From Meyerozyma guilliermondii (Eukaryota): 64,000 nucleotides of DNA. Below, one piece after another: positions 1 through 12,671 of this stretch. The stretch covers positions 248,001-312,000 of the forward strand of contig CP128819.1 of NCBI GenBank assembly GCA_051546255.1, read 5' to 3'. Each line of letters starts with the position of its first letter. Position 1 is the first letter of the stretch. The translations under genes and the position numbers were made by a program. The notes beneath the pieces are model-generated. The model was not told the DNA's origin and did no database searches. It saw nothing but the letters and a program-made list of their open reading frames with translations.

Positions 1-787
1 CTCGTGCAATATACTCTTTTCTCACCGTTCTATCTTTGATTTGCTGTACGAACTTGTCTGCTCCCTTTGGTGTTTTCCCAAGAAACATCAAACCACTGGT
101 AAGTCTATCCAATCGGTTACAAGGATGTACAACTCTGCCAAATTCGTGCTGAAAAATTTTGGTGATAGTGTTGTATCTATACCTCCCAACGGGATGAACA
201 GGAATTCCCAGCGGCTTGTCAATGGCAATCACATCGTCATCCTCATGGACGATTTTGATGGGCCGTGAGCTCACAGCTGGCTCGTGGCGATGGCATCGAT
301 GACTTATCAAGTCTCCATTTCGCACGATGCTATCGATATTAGCAGGCTTACGATTAAGTGTCACCAGACCTTCAGATATAGCCGCCTTGTAAAAGTCTTG
401 ATCTCGATCTCTGAACTCGTCACAAAATATATCAATGAGCTTTCTGTCTCTCCAACGAAGTTTGCAGTAGGTAAGATAGGTGAAGAAATATGGCAGAACT
501 CTACGCAACCGACCATCCAAAACGTATCCTGCGCCCTCTGTTTCTTCTTCATGGATGGTTTTTCCCTTCTCTAGTGTTGTATCAGTTGAGTTTTCACCGC
601 CAAGTTGGTCGTAAGCTGTCAATGTGGTGCGATCAATGGCTTGTCTCTTCATACGAAACCCTAAGGCATCACGAAGTTTTGGTGTTCCAGCCCTTTTTGA
701 TCCCGGTGGAGGCAGTTCTGTTTTTTCTTGTACAGAGGGAGCACTATTCTCGGGTTTGGGGGAACTTGAGCGACTCCGAGTGGTCAT
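1..787 (-). CDS. RIB2: RluA-family tRNA pseudouridine synthase (Rib2/Pus8-Pus9 type), 5' part; runs off the window start
   Basis: Not in the ORF track because no stop lies in the window. Manual translation from ATG 787 gives [12 protein letters not shown]...[22 protein letters not shown]...DKPSGIPVHP...[14 protein letters not shown], with the RluA catalytic RLD motif. RIB2 versus PUS9 cannot be settled without the C-terminal deaminase domain. Confidence 0.8.
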   Translation of the reverse strand, partial: MTTRSRSSSPKPENSAPSVQEKTELPPPGSKRAGTPKLRDALGFRMKRQAIDRTTLTAYDQLGGENSTDTTLEKGKTIHEEETEGAGYVLDGRLRRVLPYFFTYLTYCKLRWRDRKLIDIFCDEFRDRDQDFYKAAISEGLVTLNRKPANIDSIVRNGDLISHRCHRHEPAVSSRPIKIVHEDDDVIAIDKPLGIPVHPVGRYRYNTITKIFQHEFGRVVHPCNRLDRLTSGLMFLGKTPKGADKFVQQIKDRTVRKEYIAR

Positions 788-958
788 TGTTCGTAGTTGA
801 AAAACCGGCTTTGGTTTGAGAACCATAAGTTCGCGAAGAAAGATGCGAAAAGGAAGAAGGAAGAAGGAAGAATGGGTGCAAAAAAAATTTTAGAAACATG
901 GTCGATAGGTAAAGAAAGATTTTTATATTAGAGTCTATTATATTGTTCAATAACCTTT

Positions 959-2461
959 TTAGAGCAACCCCTGCTTTTTCAAGTCCAAATAGTCTTTTTT
1001 CGACATCACATTACCTGCCTCATCTTCGACCTCAACGGCATTCTCTCGCTCACCTTCCTCTATTCTATTTGCTCGCTTGATCTTCCTCCACAAAGATACC
1101 GCTTCGTCTATAGTACTGATGCTCTTGAAAAGTGGAATTGAGTCATCATCGACCCCAAGAAGTTTTAGTCCTTGTACGTGCTTCGCACCACCAAAGTGCT
1201 TGTTGTAGGCAACACGGCCCTTGTACGAAATGTTACCACACACCTCACAGTCATAGCTCCGGTGAAGCCCTTGCAACTTGTATAGCCAAGGTGGAATCGG
1301 GGTGCCATCTGCTCCTAGTGGCATATTGGCAAAAGCAGACTCTTCTCGGTCACTATCGGAATTATCATCTGAACCACTGGAGGATTGAACAACAGTATCT
1401 TCCGAGTCATCGTCGGCTAGTCCTATCCCTTCGATCTGTTTTTCTCGCTCAGTAAGCGCAGTCTGCCGATCGACATTGGTAATGGTGTTGGTCAATGTTT
1501 CTGCCAATGCTTCGCAAAGCTTACGAGCCTTGAACTCTTCGAACAACGATGACGAAACCTGACCATTCTCGCTGCAACGCTGGGTATTCTTCTTGTGTTT
1601 CTTTCCTGTTAAATGGGCAGTGAAAACCAGTTCTTTGGTAAAGTGCTTATCACACAGTTTGCAATACAAAGGGTCATTATTTGGTGGTGTTTCCGACGAA
1701 AATTGAGTTTTTATCTCAGACAACAAAGTGTCAACGTCTCTGAATGGATACTTGCGGCTGTAGAAGCTCTGCAAGTATTTTGAAAGATTTTGGACAAACA
1801 CAATATACGCTTTGGGGTCTGCGTTTGCTGGTGCTTTGAGTTCTTTTAGTGCAACCAAAAAATCTCGGTACGAAATCTCTGTGAAATGCTGGTACTCGGC
1901 ATGCAAATCTCTCAAGTCCAAGTACTTTCCATAACACTCTTCTGGGGAAAATAATGAGTCTGCTGTTAAATGGGCTGCAACCGCACTGAGTATATACTTT
2001 CGTTTTGTCTTTATTCTATTCTTTTTTGTGGTTGTAATGCTGGTTGGGGGAGCACTCGAGTACATCTTGTATAGCTCAGCTATGTCTTGCGGTGCTGATG
2101 GTTCTTTTTGTTGAATTTTATAGTGTTTAACGATCTTTTCAAGCATCTTATCGAACTCCACAAAGTCAGTGGAAGTATCTTCGATTCTTTTTAGCTCTTC
2201 GTCCACAGCAGGGTCGGTCCTGGCATCTATAAACGCCTTTTTCTGCTTTTTGCACTTGTCGAGAAAGTAACTAACCTCATGCTGTTGCTGAACTAGTTCC
2301 TTCAACGGCCGTTTTCGCGTTGAAAAAAGGTCTTTAACTTCTTCTGGACGGACCTCGGCGGGCACCACGTCTACGTTTCGACGCGCACGCTGTGCTATAG
2401 CATCCTCGATGATGTCGGACTCTTCCAAAAGTGACCTTTGGAGCTCAATGTAACCAGACAT
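959..2461 (-). CDS. PRP9: U2 snRNP SF3a subunit (SF3a60/Prp9)
   Basis: FSPEECYGKYLDL, U1-type Zn fingers (YCKLCDKHF...HLTGKKH; CEVCGNISYKGR...HFGGAKH), PIPPWLYKLQGL, C-terminal EVEDEAGNVMSKKDYLDLKKQGLL. First ATG is at 2461. Confidence 0.93.
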   Translation of the reverse strand: MSGYIELQRSLLEESDIIEDAIAQRARRNVDVVPAEVRPEEVKDLFSTRKRPLKELVQQQHEVSYFLDKCKKQKKAFIDARTDPAVDEELKRIEDTSTDFVEFDKMLEKIVKHYKIQQKEPSAPQDIAELYKMYSSAPPTSITTTKKNRIKTKRKYILSAVAAHLTADSLFSPEECYGKYLDLRDLHAEYQHFTEISYRDFLVALKELKAPANADPKAYIVFVQNLSKYLQSFYSRKYPFRDVDTLLSEIKTQFSSETPPNNDPLYCKLCDKHFTKELVFTAHLTGKKHKKNTQRCSENGQVSSSLFEEFKARKLCEALAETLTNTITNVDRQTALTEREKQIEGIGLADDDSEDTVVQSSSGSDDNSDSDREESAFANMPLGADGTPIPPWLYKLQGLHRSYDCEVCGNISYKGRVAYNKHFGGAKHVQGLKLLGVDDDSIPLFKSISTIDEAVSLWRKIKRANRIEEGERENAVEVEDEAGNVMSKKDYLDLKKQGLL

Positions 2462-2720
2462 CGATTGCAAATGGAATCGAAGCCATCGCGAATTTGGGGT
2501 CGAGGGTCCTGCGCAGGAAAGCCGCTTGTGAACTTAAACGCACGCTAAATTGCGGTTAACATAACATTGTCATACACATTTATCGGGAACATATTTGTCC
2601 TTCACTAGCTATTTATCAATTTTTTTGCTTGTACCCTCGACCCCAGTGACACCAGAAGCATTTTATATTCAATCCAGTCAGTTTATGTTTCATGAATCCA
2701 GTAACCAATTCCTAGCCTCC

Positions 2721-3995
2721 ATGTCAATTCCCATCTACTTATTCACCTTCAACGCCGGTAAAAGAAGAGCCAACGACGAGTTGGGTCGCCGGCTAGTTTC
2801 CACTTTTCCCCAAGAACCAGCGTCTATTTTTGTATTTGGACTCGAAGAAATGGGAACGATTATAGAGGGAGCCTACGGTCCGCTGTCCCGAGCGTGTCTC
2901 CGTGAGTATAATGATTTGTTTCTCGACGCCCTCAATGGCTTCTATGGAGAGGACATAGCCAGATTCCATACAGTGGGAATGGTTAGTGTTGGCGCCATTG
3001 GTTTGGTTGCGATAACTCCATACCCTCTGAAGTACACGCAGGTTCGTGAAGCTAAAAGTGGTTGCGGTTACGGCTACTCTTCCATGAAGGGAGCTGTTGG
3101 GCTTCGAGTCAAGTATATACCCCAGGGTGCAACTCAAGGCAAAGAAACAAGCGTGGAAATGTCGTTTGTCAATGCCCATTTAAGTGCATTTGAGGGGGAT
3201 TATTACTACCAGAAACGAAACCAAAACCTCAATTTTCTCATGAGAAGTCTTGATTTCGGTGACGGGTATGGGTTTGTAAAGCCTGGATCGCACAGCTTCT
3301 TCATGGGAGATCTCAATTACAGAACCACCAAAAAGTTTTCCCCGGACTCAGAAGTTAGCAAAAAATTGCATTGCTTACAGGACCAGTCCCAGGCAACAAA
3401 AGACCTTCCTCGTAAGTTCCTTGCCCAATATGACGAGCTTACGTTGGGAATGAAAGCTGGTGACATGCTCAATGGGTTCAGCGAAGGTGAGATCAACTTC
3501 AACCCAACATACAAATTTGTGTATCCTACTGCCATCTACAGCACAAAGAGATCGCCTTCATGGTGTGATCGTATCCTCTACCAGTCCACATACCGTGCAC
3601 CCATGACATCCAAACTCATTCGAGGCTCGAAAGAAAAGGTATTACTTGCTCCAGTAATCCACAACTACAATAGTCTTGATGTTTTACTTTCGGATCACCA
3701 ACCTGTCTACTTGAACATTACAGTTCCGTTCCATCCTCCAGAACCTATAGTAAACGCATCCGGATTTCTTCAAATTCTACCCAGTGACAGAGAATCTGAA
3801 AGTTCGCTCAGCGGACCAACTCTGGTTTATATGCGACCCACTGCATTGGATCGGCTTATTCAACGACTTGTTCGTCCTACTGTCGATACCACAATTGCTG
3901 CAACTTTGGCTGGAACTACACAACCGCGGGGCCGTTTGGCGGTGCTTGGAATACTTTTGGTGATGTTTGGCTTGTACTTGATGAAGCGAGGCTAA
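2721..3995 (+). CDS. INP54: Inositol polyphosphate 5-phosphatase with C-terminal membrane anchor
   Basis: Motifs FVNAHL, GDLNYR, PTYKF, PSWCDRIL, SDHQPV and a hydrophobic C-terminal tail. ATG 2721 (MSIPIYLFTFN) is preferred over the TTG start at 2595. Confidence 0.85.
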   Translation: MSIPIYLFTFNAGKRRANDELGRRLVSTFPQEPASIFVFGLEEMGTIIEGAYGPLSRACLREYNDLFLDALNGFYGEDIARFHTVGMVSVGAIGLVAITPYPLKYTQVREAKSGCGYGYSSMKGAVGLRVKYIPQGATQGKETSVEMSFVNAHLSAFEGDYYYQKRNQNLNFLMRSLDFGDGYGFVKPGSHSFFMGDLNYRTTKKFSPDSEVSKKLHCLQDQSQATKDLPRKFLAQYDELTLGMKAGDMLNGFSEGEINFNPTYKFVYPTAIYSTKRSPSWCDRILYQSTYRAPMTSKLIRGSKEKVLLAPVIHNYNSLDVLLSDHQPVYLNITVPFHPPEPIVNASGFLQILPSDRESESSLSGPTLVYMRPTALDRLIQRLVRPTVDTTIAATLAGTTQPRGRLAVLGILLVMFGLYLMKRG

Positions 3996-4514
3996 GTAGG
4001 TTCTCAGAGCAAAAGTGACGTGCGGCGCCGAGCCTGAGATGCCCGTTGGTTGCCGCGAATAGGCGGCGGATTCCGCGGCTTGGTTTGGATCTATATAAGT
4101 GGATGAACCCCTGCATTTTTGTCGTACTGATGAGTATCAATAAAGAATTTGATGAATGAGTCGAACGGATGTAAGCATACTTGACATATCTGATGCATAG
4201 TTAACGTACCTTAAGCATACTCAATATACCTCACCCTGCACTCAGGTCACACCCAAGTATACTCTTAACGACTGATCAGAGACGTTAATTTCGGAATTTG
4301 CCAGAGAACCAAAATAGAAGAACGCTGATGTTCTAGTTCCTCGTTGTACTCCTTTCCTTTTCCACATCTTTTCATACCCCTCCGGTCTAGTCTTGCACCT
4401 GCCAGAAAAACGCCATACGTCGCACCTGCCAAATGCGGATTTTTCACTAGAACGCCGTTCATGACTAAGTTTCGCCGAGGTAAAATGTCGAATCCATAGG
4501 TGCACCTATAAGCA

Positions 4515-6248
4515 ATGACCGAAGTTCGAGATGTCAAGGACACTCAAAGTGCGCTGACTCGTGATTTGGAGAGCATGTACCAGGCACCCATTTCTACTGA
4601 GATGGGCCGATGGGCCAAGTTTAAAGAGTCGTTTCGAAGACAAGAACAAGATATCGATGACATGGCTGGGTTGGATGATATTGAGCGTGCTAATCGAGGA
4701 GTGGCTAACGGGTCTCCGTTGGTGAGAGATTTGAAAAATCGTCATTTGCAAATGATCAGTATCGGTGGTTCGGTTGGAACTGGTTTGCTCATCGGAAGTG
4801 GTTCTTCTTTAAGAACTGGTGGTCCAGCTGCGTTGATTATAGCTTGGGGTCTCGTTGGTACCATGGTTTTCTCCACGATTCACGCATTGGGAGAATTGTG
4901 TGTGGAGTTTCCTGTGAGTGGAGCCTTCTCCAGTTATGCTACTCGGTTTGTAGATTCACTGTGGGGATTTGCCGTGGGCTGGAACTATGCCATAATGTGG
5001 CTTATAGTTCTTCCTCTAGAGTTGGTGGCCGCGGCGATGTCGATACAGTACTGGAACACCGCTATTAATCCTGTGGCATGGGTTGCAATATTCTACGTTT
5101 TCATTTTTATTGTCAACCTTTTCGGCGTGAAAGGGTATGGAGAAGCCGAGTTTTACCTTGCAATAGTCAAGGTGATTGCCATAGTTGGGTTTATTATTCT
5201 TGGAGTAGTCTTGGTTTGTGGAGGTGGTCCCAACCATGAGTTTATTGGAAACAGATACTGGAACAACCCGGGACCTTTTGCTCATGGATTCAAAGGTGTT
5301 TGCACCGTTTTCGTCACAGCATCGTATAGTTTGGCAGGGTCGGAAATGGTGGGGTTGGCTGCCGCAGAAGCTCATAATCCAAAGAAAGTGTTACCAAAAG
5401 CCATCAAGCAGGTCTTTTGGAGAATCTTTCTTTTCTTCTTCTTGTCGCTCACTTTTGTCGGTTTACTTGTTCCTTACGATTCGCCAGCATTACTTGGTTC
5501 AGGCTCACAAACATCGACTTCTCCATTTGTGGTGGCTATTGTGAGCAGTGGTATTAAGGTCTTACCCTCGATCTTCAATGCGGTTATCTTGATTTCCGTG
5601 GTTTCTGTTGGAAACTCAGCTGTCTATGGATGTTCCAGAACCATTCAAAGTCTTGGCGTACAAGGTCTAGGTCCGCAAATCTTGGGTTACGTTGATCAGA
5701 AAGGAAGACCAATTGCTGGTTTAGCATGTTCGGCAGTCTTTGGCTTGCTCTGTTTCTTGAGTGCCTATAAAAATGAAGGTGAAGTGTTTGCATGGTTATT
5801 GAGTATCAGTGGACTTTCCACCATCTTTTCCTGGTTCAGTATTTCTCTCTGCCATGTTCGGTTCAGATTGGCATTGCATCACAATAATAGACCCACTAGC
5901 GATCTTGCATTTACATCCGTGGTGGGTATTTGGGGTTCTGTCTATTCCATGGCGTTTTTGGTGTTGGTTTTGGGTGTCCAATTCTGGGTAGCTTTGTTCC
6001 CAGTTGGAAGTCTGGCTCCCAATGCCAAAAACTTTTTCCAGAATTATTTGGGAGCATTTGTCATTATTCTTTTCTACATTGGTCACAAGTTGTATACCCG
6101 TAACCGACGGTTATATTTGGCGTTGGGTGAAATCGACCTTGACACGGGTCGTCGTGTAAGAGATAAGGATGAGTTGGACTGGGAATTACAACAGGATGAG
6201 ATGGAAAAGCGGCCATGGTATGTTAGAGTCATGAAGAGTATATTTTGA
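4515..6248 (+). CDS. HIP1: Yeast amino-acid permease (YAT/APC family), MTL-flanking HIP1/GAP1-like
   Basis: LKNRHLQMISIGGSVGTGL, GEAEF, about 12 hydrophobic segments. It sits next to PAP, as in Candida MTL loci. Substrate cannot be determined from sequence. Confidence 0.75.
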   Translation: MTEVRDVKDTQSALTRDLESMYQAPISTEMGRWAKFKESFRRQEQDIDDMAGLDDIERANRGVANGSPLVRDLKNRHLQMISIGGSVGTGLLIGSGSSLRTGGPAALIIAWGLVGTMVFSTIHALGELCVEFPVSGAFSSYATRFVDSLWGFAVGWNYAIMWLIVLPLELVAAAMSIQYWNTAINPVAWVAIFYVFIFIVNLFGVKGYGEAEFYLAIVKVIAIVGFIILGVVLVCGGGPNHEFIGNRYWNNPGPFAHGFKGVCTVFVTASYSLAGSEMVGLAAAEAHNPKKVLPKAIKQVFWRIFLFFFLSLTFVGLLVPYDSPALLGSGSQTSTSPFVVAIVSSGIKVLPSIFNAVILISVVSVGNSAVYGCSRTIQSLGVQGLGPQILGYVDQKGRPIAGLACSAVFGLLCFLSAYKNEGEVFAWLLSISGLSTIFSWFSISLCHVRFRLALHHNNRPTSDLAFTSVVGIWGSVYSMAFLVLVLGVQFWVALFPVGSLAPNAKNFFQNYLGAFVIILFYIGHKLYTRNRRLYLALGEIDLDTGRRVRDKDELDWELQQDEMEKRPWYVRVMKSIF

Positions 6249-6283
6249 ATCTTTATATTGTGCATCGTTAATATTTATACCAG

Positions 6284-7960
<1,677 letters not shown>

Positions 7961-8224
7961 TTAATATGAGACATCTCTAATGAAATGGGGTTACCCGGCC
8001 ATATACATTTGCCATCGTAACATGAAGACTACCACTGCTCCCTCTTATAGATACTCCACTCACACTCTAAGTAATAAGAACTCTTCTTGTTGAAACATAT
8101 TGTAGAGTTACCCTTGGATTTGGCCAACAAGTTCCATTGTCACAAGATTGGGCCTTGCGCGCGCAATCAAAATTGAGGGGAGGACTGAGAGTGTATAAAT
8201 TCAGGTTACTTGACTTGCTATCTA

Positions 8225-9553
8225 ATGGGATTGACGTCAAAACTCGATAAGTTGAAATTGAGATCACTGCATGATAGCAGTGGATCTTCGGTCCCATCTT
8301 CAACTCAGGAAGGGTCCAAAACGACGCCGGCGAAACCGGATGATGCTTCAGGAGTGAACACAGACGACATAGATGAGATTGACAACGAGGGGCAATCCAT
8401 TTTATCAGGCATTATAGCCCAGTTGCGGCCAGGGTGTGATTTAGCGAAAATCACCTTACCTACATTCATTCTTGAGAAGAAGTCAATGCTAGAGAGAATC
8501 ACTAATTTTTTCCAAATTCCAGATGTATTATTTCAAGCTAATGATACTGAGGATGAGTTAGAGCGCTTTTTATTAATGGTTAAATGGTATTTGGCTTCCT
8601 GGCACATTGCACCCAAGGCAGTGAAGAAGCCATTAAACCCTATTTTAGGAGAAGTTTTCACCTGTTACTGGGACGATCTTCCTGACGGGAATGAAGCTTT
8701 TTACGTTTCCGAGCAGACGTCTCATCATCCACCGAAATCCTCGTATTTTTACTTGGTTCCTAAGAGAAAGATACGTGTTGACGGAACCGTAATTCCTGTT
8801 TCAAAATTTTTGGGAAACTCTTCGGCAGCCATGATGCAGGGGTGGGGTCATGTAACTTTAGGAGAATGGGGAAATGAGGTTTACATTATGAACCAGCCCA
8901 ATGTCTACTGTCGTGGAATTTTGTTTGGCAAGCTCAAATACGAATTAGGAGATCACATGATTATCAAGTGTCCTAAAACTGGCTATGAAGCCGACATTGA
9001 ATTTAAGACCAAAGGTTTCATTGGAGGTACTTATGATGCTATTGATGGTTCGGTGAAAAAATCCAATTCCTCTGAAGTGTTATATAACATAACCGGAAAG
9101 TGGAATGAGGTCATGTATTCCAAGAATTTGTCTACAGGGAAAACCGAAACATTCTATGATACTTCCAAATCCGTACGGTATCTTCCAAAGGTTAGACCGT
9201 TGGAAGAGCAGTTTGAATATGAGTCTCGAAAGTTATGGGGTCCTACAATAAAAGGGTTAAGCGAGAGGAACCATCAGCTAGCTACTGAAGAAAAATTCAA
9301 AGTAGAAAACGAGCAGAGAGAACTTGCCAAGAAAAGGTTGGAATCCGGTGTCGAGTTTCATCCAAGGTTGTTTAGGGCCGTTGATGATAAGGATATGGGA
9401 AATGAAGATCTTGAATTTATGATTTACAAAAATTTCGATTTGAAGGAAGACCCCGAAGTTTTGACCGAGAAAGTGTTTGAAAGTGTACCTATACTTCCAG
9501 GACAATCTCCTAAAGGAGAATTCAACATGCCAGCTTTTGAGAAAGCGATTTAA
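8225..9553 (+). CDS. OBPA: Oxysterol-binding protein (Osh6/Osh7-like), MTL-linked
   Basis: ITLPTFILEKKSMLERI, KKPLNPILGE, OSBP signature EQTSHHPP. First ATG is at 8225. Confidence 0.93.
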   Translation: MGLTSKLDKLKLRSLHDSSGSSVPSSTQEGSKTTPAKPDDASGVNTDDIDEIDNEGQSILSGIIAQLRPGCDLAKITLPTFILEKKSMLERITNFFQIPDVLFQANDTEDELERFLLMVKWYLASWHIAPKAVKKPLNPILGEVFTCYWDDLPDGNEAFYVSEQTSHHPPKSSYFYLVPKRKIRVDGTVIPVSKFLGNSSAAMMQGWGHVTLGEWGNEVYIMNQPNVYCRGILFGKLKYELGDHMIIKCPKTGYEADIEFKTKGFIGGTYDAIDGSVKKSNSSEVLYNITGKWNEVMYSKNLSTGKTETFYDTSKSVRYLPKVRPLEEQFEYESRKLWGPTIKGLSERNHQLATEEKFKVENEQRELAKKRLESGVEFHPRLFRAVDDKDMGNEDLEFMIYKNFDLKEDPEVLTEKVFESVPILPGQSPKGEFNMPAFEKAI

Positions 9554-9588
9554 TCATTTATAAGACTTATATAGTAGTAAAGTGAGGT

Positions 9589-9596
9589 GTCACGTG
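9589..9596 (+). promoter_or_regulatory. Cbf1-type E-box (GTCACGTG) upstream of PIK
   Basis: Exact RTCACGTG match in the 104-bp OBP-PIK intergenic gap. Confidence 0.4.
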
Positions 9597-9657
9597 TCGA
9601 ATTTATCGTCGCAGAAAAATGCGCTAGTGTTAAAAGGAAGTAGAGGTTGAGGGCAAA

Positions 9658-12543
9658 ATGGAGGATGCTGATTATGGGGCCCTCTTAGCATCAGCTAAAT
9701 CTCCACAGTTCAGTCTTTTTGATTGCATTCACGACTTGCAGTACCACATATCTAACATAGGTGTCCTGCATTTCTTGGTACAACGATTGTATCACTACAG
9801 TTACTTGGACTTGGAATTCTACATCCCACAGTTCATTCAAATTCTCGTCAGTTATGAAACCGATTCAATGGCACTACAGGAGTTTCTTCTAGACTACAGT
9901 AAAAGGTACCCTCATTTTTGCCTTGTAACATTCTGGACTTTGCAAACCTATATCTTCGAGTTGAAAGACCACCGAGAGTCATACTCATTCCAGATTGTAA
10001 GAAGTTTCATCAATGAATTGCAGGAACTAATGTTTTCTAACCGCTCTATTGGTGAATCGCTGAGGTCCGGTAGTAGATCAGAATTCAGGGAGAACTTTCA
10101 GCCGTCTTTAATTCTATGCGGGGCTCTCGCATCATTGATCGCAATGCCTGAGAGTAAAGATTATATCAAGCCAATAGTTGTTTCCCAGAGCAAACAGCAA
10201 AAATCATTTTTGTTCAAATTGGCAAATTTTCACAAGGCACTCACGAAGAATTTGACAATCAAAAATTCCAAACTTCTAGCCGAGGTCGATGCGGATGCAG
10301 ATGACGATGTCATGAATTCTAAACCGGTGATAGGAAAGCTTAATCGCACTAGTACTGAAAAAACAGCGTCGCAGCGCAACCTGTTGAACGAGAGACTATA
10401 TCGCACATCTGACTCGTTGGAAATGCCCAGGGATCTGACCGATAGTGAGTATCACTCTGAGCCACCTTTAAAAATCAACACTAGAATTGTTTCAAAAAAC
10501 TCAAGACGAAAAGTCGTGAACACAGCTTCGTCAGATCAGCTTACACATAACTCGAATGATGACTTGCATCTTCACTCGCATTCAATGCCTGATCTTCGCG
10601 ATGAAGAGAAAAAGCCCTCACTTGATGATCTTGCCATAACCCCAGTTATTTCCAATTCTTCTTCCATATCCTTAGTTTCAATTGACCAGCAGGATGTGAA
10701 GCCTAAGAGAATTAAGACACCCACATTAATTCCGGAACATCAAGTGCAATATTTACATTCAAATTACTTCAAAAAGGAGACTGAGTTCATGATGGCATTG
10801 CAGAATGTTTCGATGAGGTTGTCACTAGTTCCAAAAGAAGCACGCTTAACAGCTCTCAGAGCCGAGCTTTCCATTATCAATGATAAATTGCTTCCATCAG
10901 AAATTGATATTCCGCAATTGTTACCTGCTAGCTCTCAACTAAACAGAAAGTTTCATAAAATCTTGAGATTAAGCGTCAACGAGACTTGTGTCCTCAACTC
11001 TGCGGAGAGGGTGCCCTACCTTCTTCTTATTGAGTATCTTAGTGAAGAATTGGACTTCGATCCAAGCTCTAATCACAACAGGGCAATAATTTCGAGCCGC
11101 GCACAAAGTGATCAAGTTTCTGCATTCCGTTCCCAGAGTGCACTAGATAATGCTTCTAAAGGGTCTTCAACTCCTACATCAAATGTTGATGAAAGTTTGG
11201 AGGAGGCCGATCTTGGAGATATTTCAGTCGTTTCCTTGTCAAACGAAAGATCGTTTTTGGCTAATCATCTAACTTCCAAGCAGACTTCTAATTTGAGTAA
11301 GAGCCTTCGAAGACCAGTTGTGCTCGACAACCTCGATGAAGAACACACAGAGGGACCATTCGCAGAGGAAGTGACATTGGTCCAAGACCCTTCGGTAACG
11401 AGGAGCTTATCGACGCAAATGAGGGTAGCAGCTGTCATGCTTCAACAATTAGAAAAGTCTGGTAAAGCAAATTCTGACCAGTCAAATGCCATCAAAAAAC
11501 GTATCATTGATTCGATGAAAGCATTACAGGACCAGTTTGATGGTTTCGATTACGACCAAATCAAAGAGCTAAAGTCAATCAACCACGGTCATACCTTGGG
11601 GGATGCTGGAGAACGTAAGTTAGAGAACGACTTCAAATTAGGGGAGGACTGGCTCACCAAGAAAAATCGAATTAGACAAGCAAGCTCGTACGGCCACCTT
11701 AAAAATTGGGATATTTGCTCAGTCATCGTGAAAAATGGTGACGATTTACCCCAAGAAGCTTTCGCTTGTCAGCTAATTTCCATTATATCAAATATTTGGA
11801 GGAATGAAAATATCGGCGTTTGGACGAAGAATATGAAAATTCTTGTTACCAGCGCCAATTCTGGGTTGGTGGAGACAATCAACAATTCAATGTCCATACA
11901 TTCGATAAAGAAGTCGCTTACAGAAATTTCAATCAATAATGGCTCAAATCCAAGAGGCAGAGTTGCGTCCTTGAAAGATTATTTCCTCAAAGTATATGGC
12001 AATGAGGACAGTCAGTCATTCAAAACAGCTCAGAAAAACTTCACCAAAAGTTTAGCCGCATATTCTATAATATGCTATGTTCTTCAGATAAAAGACCGGC
12101 ACAACGGAAACATCATGCTAGATAACGAAGGACATATTATTCACATTGATTTTGGATTCCTTCTATCAAACTCTCCCGGAAGTGTTGGTTTTGAAGCAGC
12201 TCCTTTTAAGTTTACATTTGAGTACACAGAAGTTATGGGAGGTATGGATAGCGCAAATTTTGAGTTGTTTAGGCAATTGTGCAAAGAAAGTTTCAAAGCA
12301 TTGCGTAAGAACTGCAATAACTTGATCAATATCGTGACTTTGATGCAGAAAGATTCCGGACTTCCTTGCTTCAGAAACGGCGCGCAGACCAGTGTGCTTT
12401 TAAAGCAAAGACTTCAACTTGATTTGACTGAGGAAGAGTGCGATAATTATGTGGATACAGCCTTAATTGCTAAGAGTATTGGTAGCATATACACCAGGCT
12501 ATATGACCAATTTCAACTCTTAACACAAGGGATATACACATAA
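9658..12543 (+). CDS. PIKA: Phosphatidylinositol 4-kinase (Pik1-like), MTL-linked
   Basis: LEFYIPQFIQ, LNSAERVPYLLLIE, VKNGDDL, catalytic QIKDRHNGNIM and HIDFGF, C-terminal TRLYDQFQLLTQGI. Confidence 0.95.
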   Translation: MEDADYGALLASAKSPQFSLFDCIHDLQYHISNIGVLHFLVQRLYHYSYLDLEFYIPQFIQILVSYETDSMALQEFLLDYSKRYPHFCLVTFWTLQTYIFELKDHRESYSFQIVRSFINELQELMFSNRSIGESLRSGSRSEFRENFQPSLILCGALASLIAMPESKDYIKPIVVSQSKQQKSFLFKLANFHKALTKNLTIKNSKLLAEVDADADDDVMNSKPVIGKLNRTSTEKTASQRNLLNERLYRTSDSLEMPRDLTDSEYHSEPPLKINTRIVSKNSRRKVVNTASSDQLTHNSNDDLHLHSHSMPDLRDEEKKPSLDDLAITPVISNSSSISLVSIDQQDVKPKRIKTPTLIPEHQVQYLHSNYFKKETEFMMALQNVSMRLSLVPKEARLTALRAELSIINDKLLPSEIDIPQLLPASSQLNRKFHKILRLSVNETCVLNSAERVPYLLLIEYLSEELDFDPSSNHNRAIISSRAQSDQVSAFRSQSALDNASKGSSTPTSNVDESLEEADLGDISVVSLSNERSFLANHLTSKQTSNLSKSLRRPVVLDNLDEEHTEGPFAEEVTLVQDPSVTRSLSTQMRVAAVMLQQLEKSGKANSDQSNAIKKRIIDSMKALQDQFDGFDYDQIKELKSINHGHTLGDAGERKLENDFKLGEDWLTKKNRIRQASSYGHLKNWDICSVIVKNGDDLPQEAFACQLISIISNIWRNENIGVWTKNMKILVTSANSGLVETINNSMSIHSIKKSLTEISINNGSNPRGRVASLKDYFLKVYGNEDSQSFKTAQKNFTKSLAAYSIICYVLQIKDRHNGNIMLDNEGHIIHIDFGFLLSNSPGSVGFEAAPFKFTFEYTEVMGGMDSANFELFRQLCKESFKALRKNCNNLINIVTLMQKDSGLPCFRNGAQTSVLLKQRLQLDLTEEECDNYVDTALIAKSIGSIYTRLYDQFQLLTQGIYT

Positions 12544-12671
12544 TTGATGCTTCACTATTTATCTTGCATATTAGGTCTCGGGCTCGTAACCTGCACCTAT
12601 TATGAGGCGAATGCAATACTTAACAAGTTATACATTCTTCATTCCTGAACTCGAGTCATACGTCAACCGCC

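Noticed and set aside
4127..4193. Possible box C/D snoRNA (TGATGA...CTGA)
   Set aside because: No terminal stem and no rRNA-complementary guide that I could recognise.
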